DNA of 59,538 nucleotides, filler included, from Porpidia crustulata (Eukaryota), in NCBI GenBank assembly GCA_964255105.1. It is 4 parts of 4 records of this genome, joined end to end, with 100 filler letters (N's around TTAATTAATTAA, not from the genome) between each part and the next. Parts side by side here need not be neighbours in the genome. Positions count along the whole stretch, not along the records: positions 29,855 to 44,662 come from CAXUWE010000358.1; positions 44,763 to 59,538 come from CAXUWE010000359.1; 2 more parts are not named here. The stretch is one strand, 5' to 3'. This document shows, piece by piece, positions 40,193 to 53,351 of the stretch. Each line of letters begins with the position of its first letter. The first letter of the stretch is position 1. Position numbers and translations under genes: made by a program. Under the pieces are notes generated by a model. That model was not told where the DNA came from. It saw only the letters and a list, made by a program, of their open reading frames with translations, and made no database searches.

Positions 40193-42773
40193 GCTGGTTT
40201 CGTTATGGAGGATTCTGTGATACGTTCTCTGAAATATGACTCTTGATGCGGGATTTTCTTTTATTTCACTATCTAGGATCCTGAAAGACCTGATGTCGGA
40301 TGGAAAGCTTCTATTGGTTTTCAATTGGTATTATCCATTTACCGTGGCTGCCTACCTGGATATCAGCCTTGCAAATCGTCACCCGACGCACTTTTCATCT
40401 AAGCGGCAGAAGAATTGAGATCATTTGGATTGATCGAATACTCCAGGAAGCCGAATCTTCGACCTGCACTTACTTTTACGCTCGCGAGGCCAAAACTCTC
40501 CATTCGCCACAGGATATCATCTGTTGATTTTAGTCAAATCAATGTATGCGGGTAAAGTTCTCAGTATTACTTTCTGGCCGAGTTTAAAGCTATATAATGA
40601 TTGCGTTTTGCGTTGACAATAATTCATCGTGGTGTCCAATGGCAAGTTTCCCAACATACTATGACATCCAGCGTTGTGGATTTCTATTGCGGTTGTTCGA
40701 CAACATTACGGTAGCCAGTCAGACTGTCAGAGAAAAGCAATCCTGCATAACCCTAGACCAAGACGCGGCGTCGTTACCAAAGAAGTCATCCATCCACCAC
40801 CTTATGCCTTGGTAAAGCTTCGGCCTCGGATTCTACTAAATATGTGCATCATGCATAACGCCCGGCAGCTTTCCAAACAGGCAATAACTGGGCCTCTGAT
40901 AAAACTATATCTCCAATTGACATGACGGCCTTGGACCTGGAACCCTAGTGAGACCAACGCTGTGAACCGCATTGGAATCCCAATGCGCTTGGACTTCTTC
41001 ACAGGATGTAAACTTCTCTTCAGTGTTTCCTTCCAATAACGCTACTTCGCTACTTATTCTGTTAGACATTCATGCCTACCTTGAAGCGTTTCATATGTTA
41101 CTATATTGAGTATTATACACATCAGTAATGTATTACTGATGCCCTTACCCAACATCTGCGCCCCGCAGGAAAGTGAATGCTGATGCTAGGTGTTAAAGAA
41201 GAATGTAGTAGCCATAATTCATATACTGGGAATGATTTGTACTCGATTTTAGTATATGAACAATTGATTATAGTGAACTTTGATCGTCAAAAGATGTAAG
41301 CGCCTGTTTGTAGCGAGTGCACAGATCCTTTCGTAAGAAGTATCAATTTAACCATAATGTAACTCTATGTACCCCGATTTGTCGAACGAGGGTAACAACA
41401 AGCTACCTATTGTTGGGCCATACTAATTCACTTTGGGGTACCTTACCTTTTTTCTCTGAGCGGCGCCAGGGAAATCTGAAACAGGAACTAGCGATACCAA
41501 TCATCAAACAAAAACATTGTTTGCCGTTGCGACTTCTATCGTACATTAATCTCGCAGAATTGTACCTCACACGTGTATCAGACAAGTTCAGCTAGGCCCT
41601 AGTTATCAACCTTGTTCATTCGTGCCATACGACAGAATCGCGCAGCCGCCGCGGTCCCACCAAAGAGGGCGTTGGCTTCATGTTGGGGGCGTCTCCAGAT
41701 GTGGACAGACGGAATTCTGAAATTGGCCTTCTACTACCACTCGAGTAGCATCTTGATACCATCCATGCGCTCTGGGCGGTGTTTATCTCGAACACCCTCA
41801 AGCCGCGCGAGAAGTTCGGAGGGATTGGCGGCTGGCTAGAATCTGAATCTTCAGCATATAAATCAGCCATCGATCCTCAATAACGCCTTTGGTGGATGCA
41901 ACCTGGTCCACGGTAACCCTCTAGACTCAAAGGGGAGCCGTCACAGTCTAACGCTTCGACTACTCGTCCAGCTCTTAACCAGCCCACCACGATTCTCAAT
42001 TTCTTCAATCGTTTCTAGGGTATCATTCGTTTGCCCGACCATCACCAAAATCCTGCGTCACGGGACTGGCTGTAAGGACATACAGCAACATCGTGTGAGA
42101 ATCTCCTTTCCCTCGTTGTTTCATAGTTTCCATGGTTGGGAATTCAGTGACACTGACGGCATTAGGGTGCTCTGGTGAGACTGATGATCTGGTCGAATCA
42201 ACGGCCCCAGTAATCAGTAGTCCTTATTCAGCTGCACGGACGGGGCGCGAATCACCCTCTTGGCTTCAGCTCTTCAACCAGTCACAGCGGCTCCTCTACC
42301 AACGACCAGTGTTCCTTGGCCTTGTTTTGATTAGCATCTGCCAGGATTGCTGGTACCTCGTGGCTTTCACCTGTTCGTCGGTAACAACCCTGTACGTATC
42401 CATACCCACTCTATACTCGACCCGGTTAAACGCCATCTATACTTGTCAAAAGCTGCATCACCGCCCCGCCGCTGTAACAAAACATTTGGTTCGACAAAAA
42501 CGTCCACCTTCACATTCAACCATCTTACTACTGTAACCGCCCGGACTTTTGCTGCTAATATACACCAACTAATTGTGAGCTGGCCTCATACCTTCGTACA
42601 CAACCATCCTAGTATACGCTGGTCTCCATCTCTATTCTTCTTTTATAGACCTCGGACGTCCTTGTAACACTCTTTTTCTCGCTGCTGTCACGGCTCTCTC
42701 GTTGCCCGCCGCAGGCATCACCGTCAGATTGTCTCCTTACGTTCTCTTATCCTCAGAGTCACGTCGAGCAATC

Positions 42774-43463
42774 ATGGCTTCAGACGTGCCCAAGCCAGCC
42801 CTCCCCACACCAACCATTAATGCTCCTCGATCTCCCAAGGCTGTTCTTCCGGCTCTCAAAACTCCTCGATCGGCTACCTTGCCTTCAGAAATCCCAAAGA
42901 GCCCTAACGCGGGACTACTTGAAGTAATTAAGCAAGAGGAGGACATCAAGACACCCATCACCCCTCCGACAGCCTACACTGAGTTTCTTAAAGCTCTATC
43001 GCCCGCTGTATCAAGCCCGGCTACAAGCAAGAGCTCGAGCTTCTCTGATGGATCGTCTGGTAAATCTACACCAACCTCTCAGCCCTCGAGTGCAGGCAGT
43101 AGTTGCTTGTCATGTACCTACGATCCTCACAAATCCATGTCTGCACCCATGATCCCACCGTCGCCTTTTGTCAAGCCGCCGAATTCTGCCCGCACTCCAA
43201 CGGCACTCCGACGGCTTCGCATCCCTCAATCGCCAGTGTACTCTCCAGCCACCGATTCTCCGAGGAGCAGTGCCATGCGATCTCCATTCTCTCCAGCAGA
43301 TTGGTTCCTCGAAGGCAAGACTCGCTACTATGAATCCCCTCGCTCTGGCAGTCATCGACCCGTCAGTGTTAGGCAGGTTGTTACAAGGACTGTCACATAC
43401 ACTCGAAGTCCCGTCACTCCGCTTGATCCAGCGCCAAAAGGCAAACGGAGAAAACTTGAATAG
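42774..43463 (+). CDS. SP/TP-rich hypothetical protein with C-terminal basic NLS-like tail
   Basis: Single exon from ATG in ATCATGG context; PITPPTAYTEFLKAL, RQVVTRTVTY, DPAPKGKRRK. Confidence 0.75.
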   Translation: MASDVPKPALPTPTINAPRSPKAVLPALKTPRSATLPSEIPKSPNAGLLEVIKQEEDIKTPITPPTAYTEFLKALSPAVSSPATSKSSSFSDGSSGKSTPTSQPSSAGSSCLSCTYDPHKSMSAPMIPPSPFVKPPNSARTPTALRRLRIPQSPVYSPATDSPRSSAMRSPFSPADWFLEGKTRYYESPRSGSHRPVSVRQVVTRTVTYTRSPVTPLDPAPKGKRRKLE

Positions 43464-44662
43464 AGGGATATCCAGTGCTTCTTTTCATCAAGCTGTGCTT
43501 ACATCTTCACTGCTATTCACCAACTTTATTCGTTCTCTCTACCACTACAATCTACTAGCAAATCCCCTAGCGATCTTATGTCGCGCAGCGCACGATGTGC
43601 CAGATCAAGTCGCTTTACGCTCTACAACACGACCTGGTCATATACCACCATCTACTTCGACCTGCTTTATACTCCTGGCGGACTCCAAATCTCACCGAAT
43701 GTCACGGTACGAAGTTTACGAACAAGGATGGAAAACGGGAGTCAGGTTTTCTGACGGGGAGTATCACGATGGACTTTTTTTTCCTGGATAGCAATTGGTG
43801 CCTCGGTGTTTTGGAGTGAAGGGCGTCTGCATTGGGTGGGAAATGACCATGATACCACCTTGTTGCTATCTGGTTGAGGCTCTACCTATAGTTTTGCTAT
43901 ATATCTGCATATACTATCTATATCTGTCATCGATGCTGATCATGTCTATGTTATTGTACTGACAAGGACAATCCAATAACACCTTCTCAACACCACACCC
44001 AACAATCCATCTGATAACCCAAAGCAGCATCCATCACGAAAAGCCGAAAAGCGGCGACTAAACGACCCAGACACGGACTCGGCTGACCCCGAATTCCAAA
44101 GGGGTGGTCAACCTACATAGCCGCCCGCACCAAGCAGGGGATTACGCAAAAAGGCCGCTAGCATCTCAGCCAAGCAAATCGCTCCGTCTCGCTAACCGCC
44201 GGGGCTACCGAACAGGTACATGTGCGATGTATCTTTCGAGCCAGAATCGGCTGACGAATGACGGCTCGATGTCCTGGGGTCGAAGGGCCTAGGTTGACAG
44301 GCTTGTTTGACTGGTCTGGCGCGAAGATTGACAACTGACACGAAGGCATGGCGTGTGGGATACCAACTGCTTTTTACACAGCAGACGATGATTTCATTGG
44401 CTGAACGTTTGTCGCGCGAGGAAAACAGAGAGGTAGAGGAGACCACTCACACAAGGTTTTTGGCGCGTTACAACGGCTGAGGCCAAAATTGGATCTCCCC
44501 AGGCCACCAAATTCTCAACGAACCAAAACGACCGGGATTTTTCGTTTTCTCATGACAGGAACGGCGCACCCGTGCGATCCTGTTCGCCGTCGACGGGATC
44601 CAATCGCCCCGGTGGTGTCGGGCTCCCCTCGGGCGCTTCCGCGGGCGCGCTCAGGACCCGGT

Positions 44663-44762
44663 NNNNNNNNNNNNNNNNNNNNNNNNNNNNNNNNNNNNNN
44701 NNNNNNTTAATTAATTAANNNNNNNNNNNNNNNNNNNNNNNNNNNNNNNNNNNNNNNNNNNN
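44663..44762. other. Assembly linker (N + TTAATTAATTAA + N)
   Basis: Same spacer as at 14842. Confidence 0.97.
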
Positions 44763-46261
44763 ACCTTTCTCCGAATAAAGAAATAAAGACCCAACCCAGC
44801 CCAGGACCAAAGCTGTCATATAATAATAGCATCGAAAATGTAACTCTTGACCTGGGAAACATTTCCTTTTCTCTTCTAAAATTTTATGGTTGCGAAGACA
44901 AAGGCGATGAAGATGGTTGTAAGAAAGCATTGGGCGGATTGTTTGAAGGAAAGGGTACGGGTCTGACTATTGGGGCTGAACAAGATGGTGTTACCACCGA
45001 TGAGCCGGATCGCATTCGTTTGAGAGGCTTTATCAGATCTGGATGATGGGCTAGCGAGGAGGTTGAATTATCCCTCTGTGTTAGTATGATTTTCTGTTCA
45101 TTAATCAGCGATCATTCTCCATTCCCCCTTGGATATCATCCGTAGTGACAAGGTAATAGTGTGTCCTCAGGGTTAAGAAAGTTCTCATCTCGAAGCGACG
45201 TGTCGTTTGCTACGCGCTCGCCGTGGCTGTTGCGAAATCATGGCCCTGCGACAATAGGGATTGGATTCAGGATAAGATAAGGAGTGCAGCATTCGTGGGG
45301 TATGAGTTCATTCTTCTGATGTAACGCTCGGTTTCATTCGAGACTTAGAGGTGGAGCGGCAAAGCTGCAGTTTTATCTGTCTTATAATCAGTCTTTCAAG
45401 TCGTGAATGTAGTCGAGTCAATCGTCTTACATTCCATGCTGTACAGCATTATATGTTGGGAATACATGACCAGTAGCAGAGAAAGGGGTCTTCATCTCGA
45501 GATTATACGGTCAATCTCCTTAAAAACACCTTAGGTTTTCTAACAAGCCGCGTAAGAACGGAGACAAGAAAATGATCTATTATGAATACGAATGTGCCCA
45601 AGTGAATATGTTATGAAACCGCGCCTGAGGAAAATGTTTCATTATTACATAGTAGCCCCCCAAATACTGCCACGATGAACCTACACGCAATGGAGTGCAG
45701 TATGAAAATAATACGATGAATAGAAGCGCACAATGTTTCCTCAGAATAAGCCTCCCCCTGAAAGACATGTAGATATTTCATGCGGAAGCACAGAAGAAGA
45801 AGAGTAAACAATAGCAACCGCCAAAATGTTGAATTCCGTGCAAATACTCCCGTGTCAAAGTAAGCAACAGATCAGAAAAAATCCCAGATGCATAAGATGG
45901 GGTAATCCGGACATCACCAAGACTCAATGAAATGGTAGTGGTCGTCCTACGAAATCTTAGAGGCAGGACTTTCTAACATTCCACAATTAAACCCAGAACG
46001 TCAGCTATACAGACACGACAATGTCGAGTCTGCCTTGTAGGATTATTAGCCTGTACTGTAGCGTCAACAATAACACTGTTGAAAACAGTGGTGTTGAAGG
46101 GAAAGTTGTTGAGATGACGCGACCAGTGGCAGCTACTGTTCATTTACGAGACCTAGCTATAATTCTATGGCCTTGGCAGCCCAGCAGCTCATCAGTCCAA
46201 CATCGCCCTACAATATCTTTACTCGCCACGCCACGTCAGTCAATGCGCCCTTATGACCTGT

Positions 46262-47153
46262 CTATGCAGCAGTAATAGCCCTCCTGACCCTCGATCCCCT
46301 CTGCCTACTGTTGAGCCTCGCCTCCTCACGTGCGACGACCTGAGGTCCCTTTTGCACGACCTCGGCGCCCTCAGTTAGGATTAATTCGATGTGGCAGGGA
46401 TTGGACATGTACGGATTTATCTAGGTACAATTTCACGTCAGCCAGGTGTTTGAGGTAGAGAATGTGGCTAGGTGGCTAGAGCGGTGGACTCACACGACCA
46501 TGAGCGCGGTATGTGCGACGACGCTGCTTAGGCGCCTGGTTGACCTGAATATGCTTAACGATGAGATTTGAAGTATCGAGTCCCTTGGTGTCTGCATTTG
46601 CTTCGGCGTTCTTGAGAAGGCCTAGGAGGAATTCGGCGGACTTGACAGGCCATCGTGCGCGGGAGACGCCAAACTGCTTGCCTGTAAAACGAGCAGCATG
46701 TCAGAATTTGTCCGAGACAAAATGATCCCAAGTGCAGAAGCCAGTGACGCCGTCATAGAAGGCGCTCAAAACCCGTCACAACACTCTCAAGTAGACGTTT
46801 TCCCATAATCACTAACCTTGGCTTGCTCTTCCAGTTCCTCCGGCATACCGCCTCATAGGTACTGCCTCCTTATGTCCAATAACATTTCCAAGGTATGTAA
46901 GAGCGCGATTGAGTTTCCATCCGTTGATAGCCTGAGCGGTCTCCCGAGTATTCTTGAATGACACACGCAAGTATGCACCACGGGCGCGCGCTGACTTGCC
47001 GGGCTCGATTTGCGTTGCTGCGTAGCGAACCTAGGAGGGAGAAGACAGATCAGCTACGGGACAAGAGTTGGAACAACCAAGAGAGATAAGGTAAGTGAGT
47101 GCAATGGAGTACGAAATAATGATATTGACTAGGAATGATGTTCGACTTACCAT
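46262..47153 (-). CDS. RPL17: 60S ribosomal protein L17 (uL22); missed by the ORF track
   Basis: Exons 47153-47151 (ATG only), 47030-46817, 46681-46494, 46420-46262; [60 protein letters not shown]. Confidence 0.96.
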
Positions 47154-47568
47154 CTTGAACAGATCGAGGAATTGTATGAATGTTGTTGTAATAGGTGGAC
47201 TGCCGCCGGTGATGTTCATAGTGCGAAATTCGCTAAGCGAATGTGTCTCGTGCTAGTGATATTAGCTCCCTGGATGGAATCGCGGAAATCTTCAAATTCA
47301 TCCCAAGTCACTTTCCATCTCAACAAAGCTTCATTTGATCTGATCATTCGATACCGTGTGTAAAATGTATGGTAAACATATCATTCCTTCTCTGCTGGTA
47401 GTGCTGACCTAAGATGCCAGTTGCAGCACGGAGGCCGATTTTCCAAGATCTACAACTGGGTATCGCGGCCACGAAGACTCGGGACCTATGAGCTCCGTTT
47501 CGAACAGAAAGCCGTTCCAAGGGAGCAATATTCTCTGATTTTAATTCATCTACTGTTGCGCATACGAC

Positions 47569-48798
47569 ATGGCATACATACCTAGGGGGCGGGGTGGTGG
47601 AGGGGATCGAGGCGGACGCGGGGGAGGGATGAGAGGAGCACCAAGAGGTGGTGGTAGAGGAGGTAGAGGTCAGCTTTCTACCTTCAACACTCGAGCCAAT
47701 CCTGTCGCATTGGATATTATCGTGCGCCATGCAAGGCCGTGTCGAAGGTATATGGAAATTACTAATACCTGGCAGGTGGATTCGGCGACCGTGGAGGGAG
47801 AGGTGGTGGACGAGGTGGATTTGGTGGTGGCCGAGGCCGTGGTGCACCTAGAGGGCGTGGAGCGCCGAGAGGAGGACGCGGTGGAGCAAAGGGAGGCGCA
47901 AAGACAATTGTAGTAAGCTTCCAACCCACATTTACCCCCTGCTTTCGTCCAAGTGATTGAGCACCAACATTGACACAAACCAGGAACCCCATCGTCATCC
48001 CGGTGTCTTCGTTGCACGCGGCAAAGAAGATATGCTCGTCACTAAGAACATGACGCCTGGCGAATCTGTCTACGGCGAGAAGCGTGTCGCAATCGAGAAC
48101 AGCCAAAGCGCAGCCTTAAGTAACGGGGACGCCGCCCCAGCCACGAAAACTGAGTATCGCGTCTGGAATCCTTTTCGTAGCAAGTTGGCGGCGGGCATTC
48201 TTGGTGGTATTGGCCATATATTCATGTGTCCTGGCGCAAAAGTTCTATACCTTGGCGCTGCAAGCGGCACTTCAGTCAGTCATGTCTCGGATATAGTTGG
48301 TCCAACTGGATCTGTATACGCCGTCGAGTTCTCACACCGCTCTGGTCGCGATCTTATCAACATGGCAACACACCGAACGAACGTGATCCCTATCGTCGAG
48401 GACGCTCGATACCCTCAACGCTACCGGATGCTTGTCTCGATGGTCGACGTGCTATTCGCGGACGTCGCACAGCCTGACCAGGCACGGATAGTTATTGAGA
48501 ACGCAAAAATGTACCTGAAGATAGGAGGAGGCCTCGTGATGAGCATCAAGGCCAGCTGCATCNNNNNNNNNNAGATGAAGTGTTCGCTCACGAGGGGGAG
48601 AAGCTGTCGAAGGAGCACGACTTCAAGCCGCTGGAGCAGTTGACGCTGGAACCATTCGAGCGAGGTGAGCGCTACAATTCTCTATCATTCTAACCCTTGG
48701 TTTCCCAATTCGTTCGAGGGGATTGCATGCTGACGGGTTCACCAGACCATTGCATTGTCTTGGGCCGATACTTGCATGGGGTCCCCGAGACCGACTGA
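47569..48798 (+). CDS. NOP1: Fibrillarin (box C/D snoRNP rRNA 2'-O-methyltransferase)
   Basis: Exons 47569-47668, 47776-47912, 47984-48664 (10-N gap at 48563-48572), 48746-48798; RGG/GAR domain, [47 protein letters not shown]. Confidence 0.96.
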
Positions 48799-50794
48799 GG
48801 CGCGGTATTTTTTTCTCATCCTTTTCCTTGTTCAGCGGGCGCAGCAGATATCCTATGCAGTACGAGAAACATGTGCGTCGCAAGTAAAACTTCACAGAGT
48901 TTTTTTCTTGATCGTTCTCCCTCGCATCATTTGGTGGTCGTATGGAAAGAGATTTCGATAAAGAGCTCCAGACTAGCTTTCCACGGGCACATGGAATTGA
49001 CACCTCCCCACGCTATTGCGACGTTCCAGCTCAGATCCAATCATTTCATGTGCATGAGAACTAGTCAGTACCAACTACCCGCCTCCCCTCCTTTCCACAC
49101 TCGCCTCCTTCTCCCTCTTATTCCCTAGGCCTATTCCTTCTTCACCTTTCCCTCTTCCCTCAAACCAGAACAAAAATTCCCAACCCAAACCCTCCTTTCA
49201 ATTTCCATCCACCGTCCCCCAGAAATGCTAGATCCACATCGCAACAAAATCATGCCGTGCGACGTTACCGCCTACGATTACGATATTGTGGGGCGGTTTC
49301 CGCAATGCCTTTGGTATTAGTAGTGAGTCTATAAGGAGTAGCGATTTCAACAAGAGCGCGCGCCGATGGAAGATGGCTTTGCCATGGGTCGAGGAGGGGG
49401 GGATTGAATGGGAGTCTCGGTGAAAGGGATCTGGACGGCGGTTGGTTGGTGGACAGAGCAGCCGGCCAGATGGGGGAGTCAATGGTATCGACGCAGTATA
49501 TTCTTTGTGTCTACAGACAAGGTGAGCGGTAACGTGCGCGATGTGATGCGTGCTAGTGTGCTGTGTTTTCATTTCTTGGGAAAGAGCACGGAGAGGTGGG
49601 ATGGACCACGCTTTGGGTTGTTGCGTGGGTCACAGGAATGGGTTTGCAGAGGGCTTAGACGGCAGGGTCCATATTCGACGGGCATGCAATATAGTGGTCA
49701 ACGTCTCGGCTTTTGTGCAGGAACTAGCCGTAAGAGATGCTGTCGCATTTGTTGCTGATATTCTGCGTCTCTTGTCGATATCTTCGAGTTTTTAACGTCA
49801 GAGGGGAGATTTGGATGGCAGGGCACGAAAGATTTCTCCAAGGACTTTGAAACAGTGTCGATTACTTAGGTCCTCTTTCAGCTCTCGCTATGTGTTCCTG
49901 TTAGTTTCGCGCAGAATCTGAGCGGCAAATTTTATTAGATGGATCAGAAATTGATCCCAACCTGCATAGCAATTTCTGCCGACACGATTTCACTACATGG
50001 AAAGAGAGCTGATTCGCCGTTGCTTGTAGACTGGCTATGCGAGTGAGGAGACCAAGAGGATTAATTCCATTGGAGCTTAGTGAGTTCTCGATCAGTACTC
50101 AAAAGTTGCTACTATGGTGTGTTCTGGAAGAAATCTTATCTGCCCATCAATTTGGTGCGATTTGACGGTCTACATGGCCAGTCGTCCTACTTCGATCACC
50201 CCAAAGTCAAGGCCCCATGCGCCAAGACATAGCCACTCATTTGAACCCAGTCTTTCCTGTTGAAAGAGCTACGTTCCATTTACGCTCACATTATGCGGTG
50301 CCCGCCTTCGCATATCAAGCCATTGTTAGATACTTCGTTATTGGGCCATCCGCAACGTACCCGAAAGCAACCACAACTCAGGTATTGCGTCAGGTCATCA
50401 TTGACTGGTGACGGCATATTGCAGTCCTCTGATATGCCCCTCCCTGAGCTACGTTTGCTCTTCTCTGCCCTGGTAAAGTCGTGTGGCATTTCCTATGTAG
50501 GTTGAGAGCGAGCACCAATTAGCTAAATAGTCCTGTTGATGGCAACAACAAGATGTAAGGGTGATTGGATATGAGTGGTCAAAAGGTACGTGGCGCATGC
50601 AGTCTTTTCGGAAGTTCACTGAAAACGGGATCATGCAGATTTTCCGTCCTGCATGTAGTATCACGTCTGTCTCTCAATTGGCCCAGATACACAATGCCTG
50701 TCCGTTTGTTACTCATCCAGAAAAAGCGGAGGATGTTTTTGCTCCCATCTCTTCTCTCTTTATCGAATGAGTTGCCACAGGAGCGAGGGATAAC

Positions 50795-52904
50795 ATGGAA
50801 GCATGCGAGGTTTGTCTTGACTTGGAGTGGGACCTGTATCCCCTGAGTAAAGAGATCGATGTTCGATTAGAAGAGGTGATCTCTTCAGCATCACAAGGCT
50901 GCGTGCCTTGTAAAATCATTTACCGTGGCATCAAGCTGATCGAGGAGAAAGTAGTCCTACCAGCTGGAGGGCGGCCACATATAATCTGCCCTTGTTTGCT
51001 TCAAATAAGACTGCGGGAGAATCGGTGTTTCACTGTTGAAGTTCGTAGTTTGGATGATGCAGTAGGATCTAAGAACTACAGTTTAGACCTCGATTTCTTC
51101 TCGACGGGAGGTAATACTTGCCCTCCTGCATTTTAACACCAAGGTACTAATACTAGCAGATGATATTTCACCCTGGCCTGCATTTGGAAAATCCTGTCAT
51201 GTTCAGGCCAACCTCGAACGAGAATCATGCTTAAAGACCGTTAAAGACTGGATCAAGTCTTGTGATTCCCACGTCGATTGTACCCCGGATACAGTGACAA
51301 AATTGCCAAGCCGGGTACTTGACCTAAGGCCTCATCGATTGCGGGATACGGTTTCCCTCAAGGAGACAAAAGAGGGAGCTTCTGGCACGTATATGACTTT
51401 GAGCCATAGTTGGGGTAGTAGACACCCTATGAAGACCACAAAAGACACACTTTCGAAACGAAAGGTCGGCATTCGTTTGTCTCAATTGCCCCAAACATTC
51501 CAAGATGCTGTCTATGTCTGCCTGGGGCTTGGAATCCAATTCTTGTGGATTGACTCTCTGTGCATTATCCAAGGGGATAGACTCGATTGGGAGCAGGAGT
51601 CTGCTAAAATGGCTGGAATATATGCAGGTTCACATTTAAATATTGCTGCAACGCATGCTGATAGTAGTGCGGGCGGATGCTTTTCAAGCCGATGGACCAC
51701 AGTAGATATTAACAGATCCACTCAAATAGCGAGCATCGAGTCCTATCAAATTATAGAAACCCATAAACAGCAAGAATTCACAGTTCATGTGCGGCTCTCG
51801 TTAGATGCAGGGCATAACGACTTGTTGACTGAAGAAAGCAGGCTGTTGACTCGAAGAAGAGCCCCGCTACTAACAAGAGCATGGGTCTTCCAAGAACGCT
51901 GTCTTGCACGGCGTACACTTCATTTCCATTCTCAAGAACTTATTTGGGAATGCAAAACGGGTTTGACATGCGAATGTAAGGACCTGATGTCGGAATACCG
52001 GTCCGACGACTGGCATCAGGGGTGGAAAGCAAAACACCTAAGCTGGAAATCTGGAGAACTCGAGGACTTGCCTAGTTTGTGGTTGAGGGTTGTCGAGGGA
52101 TTCTCAAAATTGAGTTTGACTCATGAGACGGACCGACTGCCTGCGTTGTCCGGGATGGCGAGTCGGTTTTGTGGCTCCCGTTTGAAAACCTATCTCGCTG
52201 GGCTTTGGCAAGAAGATATTGTTAGGGCTCTTTTATGGTATGTAGGGCCCCATTGGATTTCTACCAGCAGTAGGCCTCTGCCACTTCGAGCACCTACCTG
52301 GTCATGGGCGTCTCTAGACCTAGTCAAACAGGTTGACTTTGTGATGTACCCGTTCTTCATGAATGACAATCTAATTTTCCACCAAGATCCTGCGTTTCAG
52401 GTCATCCAAACCCAATGTCGTTCTTCCACTTTAAATCCCTATGGGGAAGTTTCCGACGGAAATATGATAGTCCAATGCTCATTCAATTCTGCCATATTTG
52501 TGAAACGGTCCGCAAGAGCAGGTAATTCGTCACTGATACTTGACTGTGATGTAGCAGGAGAAGATGGCCTGGTAATGATCACGATTCAAATCATGCAGCC
52601 TGATGTCGCGCTCGACAAGCCGAATTCTGATGAGGTCCTTGACTCTACCATCGTTCACTGCTTGTTAGCTGGGTCGGGACCCCGTAGCTTTGCGGCGCAG
52701 AAGGCGTTCGATGTTCATCATTCACCTGAACCGTCTTCTGATGATGATATAAACTATCTTACCGAGTTTTCGATAATTGTTAAAGACACTGGTACGGATG
52801 ACCTGTACGAACGCATTGGGTTTCTGGAAAGACAACGACAGGACGCTGTTGACTGCTACAATTGGTTTCATCAGAGTCAGCATGGTGAATTCAAGATCCT
52901 ATGA
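50795..52904 (+). CDS. Heterokaryon-incompatibility (HET) domain protein
   Basis: Exons 50795-51110 and 51160-52904; LPSRVLD, YMTLSHSWG, LPQTFQDAV, LWIDSLCIIQ, WEQESAKMAGIY, RAWVFQE, DRLPALSG, YLAGLW, RAPTWSWAS. Confidence 0.92.
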
Positions 52905-53351
52905 CAGAGAGCGAAGTCTGTTTGAAATGTACTGAAGGACCTGAAGATATGCCGAAAGTACCTTGTTTCCTTCCTCATGGTAGGTCTTAGAAGTCAGTAG
53001 TTCCGAGTTTAGGTCTATTGATTAGACTAGATTAGTTACAGGGACACAGGATGATGCAAATAAGTTGTTAAAGCACTTAATTATAATGCAAATGAATTAT
53101 GCGAAGTGGAGTTTTATCGATAAGTATATAATGGTCTGCCGTACTTTGTCGGAGTGTATTTTGAATTTCACGGATTGCTGGTCATACAAAGTGTGCTGCG
53201 TAAACTCCAATTCCCAGTTCAGTCTAATGCCCTTCTGACAGCTAAAAACGCCAGAAGCCCAAATCTCATACTTCCCAAGCAGCGCCTCGTACAATTTCTT
53301 CCAAAGTCTGCAAAGGACTTGACCCAATACTTATACATTTGGGTTCCCTAC

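Noticed and set aside
14842..44762. Three identical TTAATTAATTAA motifs flanked by Ns, which could be taken for a repeat or insertion site
   Set aside because: Artificial six-frame-stop contig linkers. They truncate nudE, DCN1, UTP8 and GPI10, and ORFs that run into them are artefacts
46682..46816. Intronic box C/D snoRNA in RPL17 intron 2
   Set aside because: The C-like box overlaps the donor and the CTGA is the branch site; no convincing terminal stem
48563..48572. Apparent frameshift in NOP1
   Set aside because: Caused by a 10-N placeholder gap, not biology
49100..49800. Possible decayed gene downstream of NOP1
   Set aside because: Multiple stops and only a vague resemblance to protein sequence
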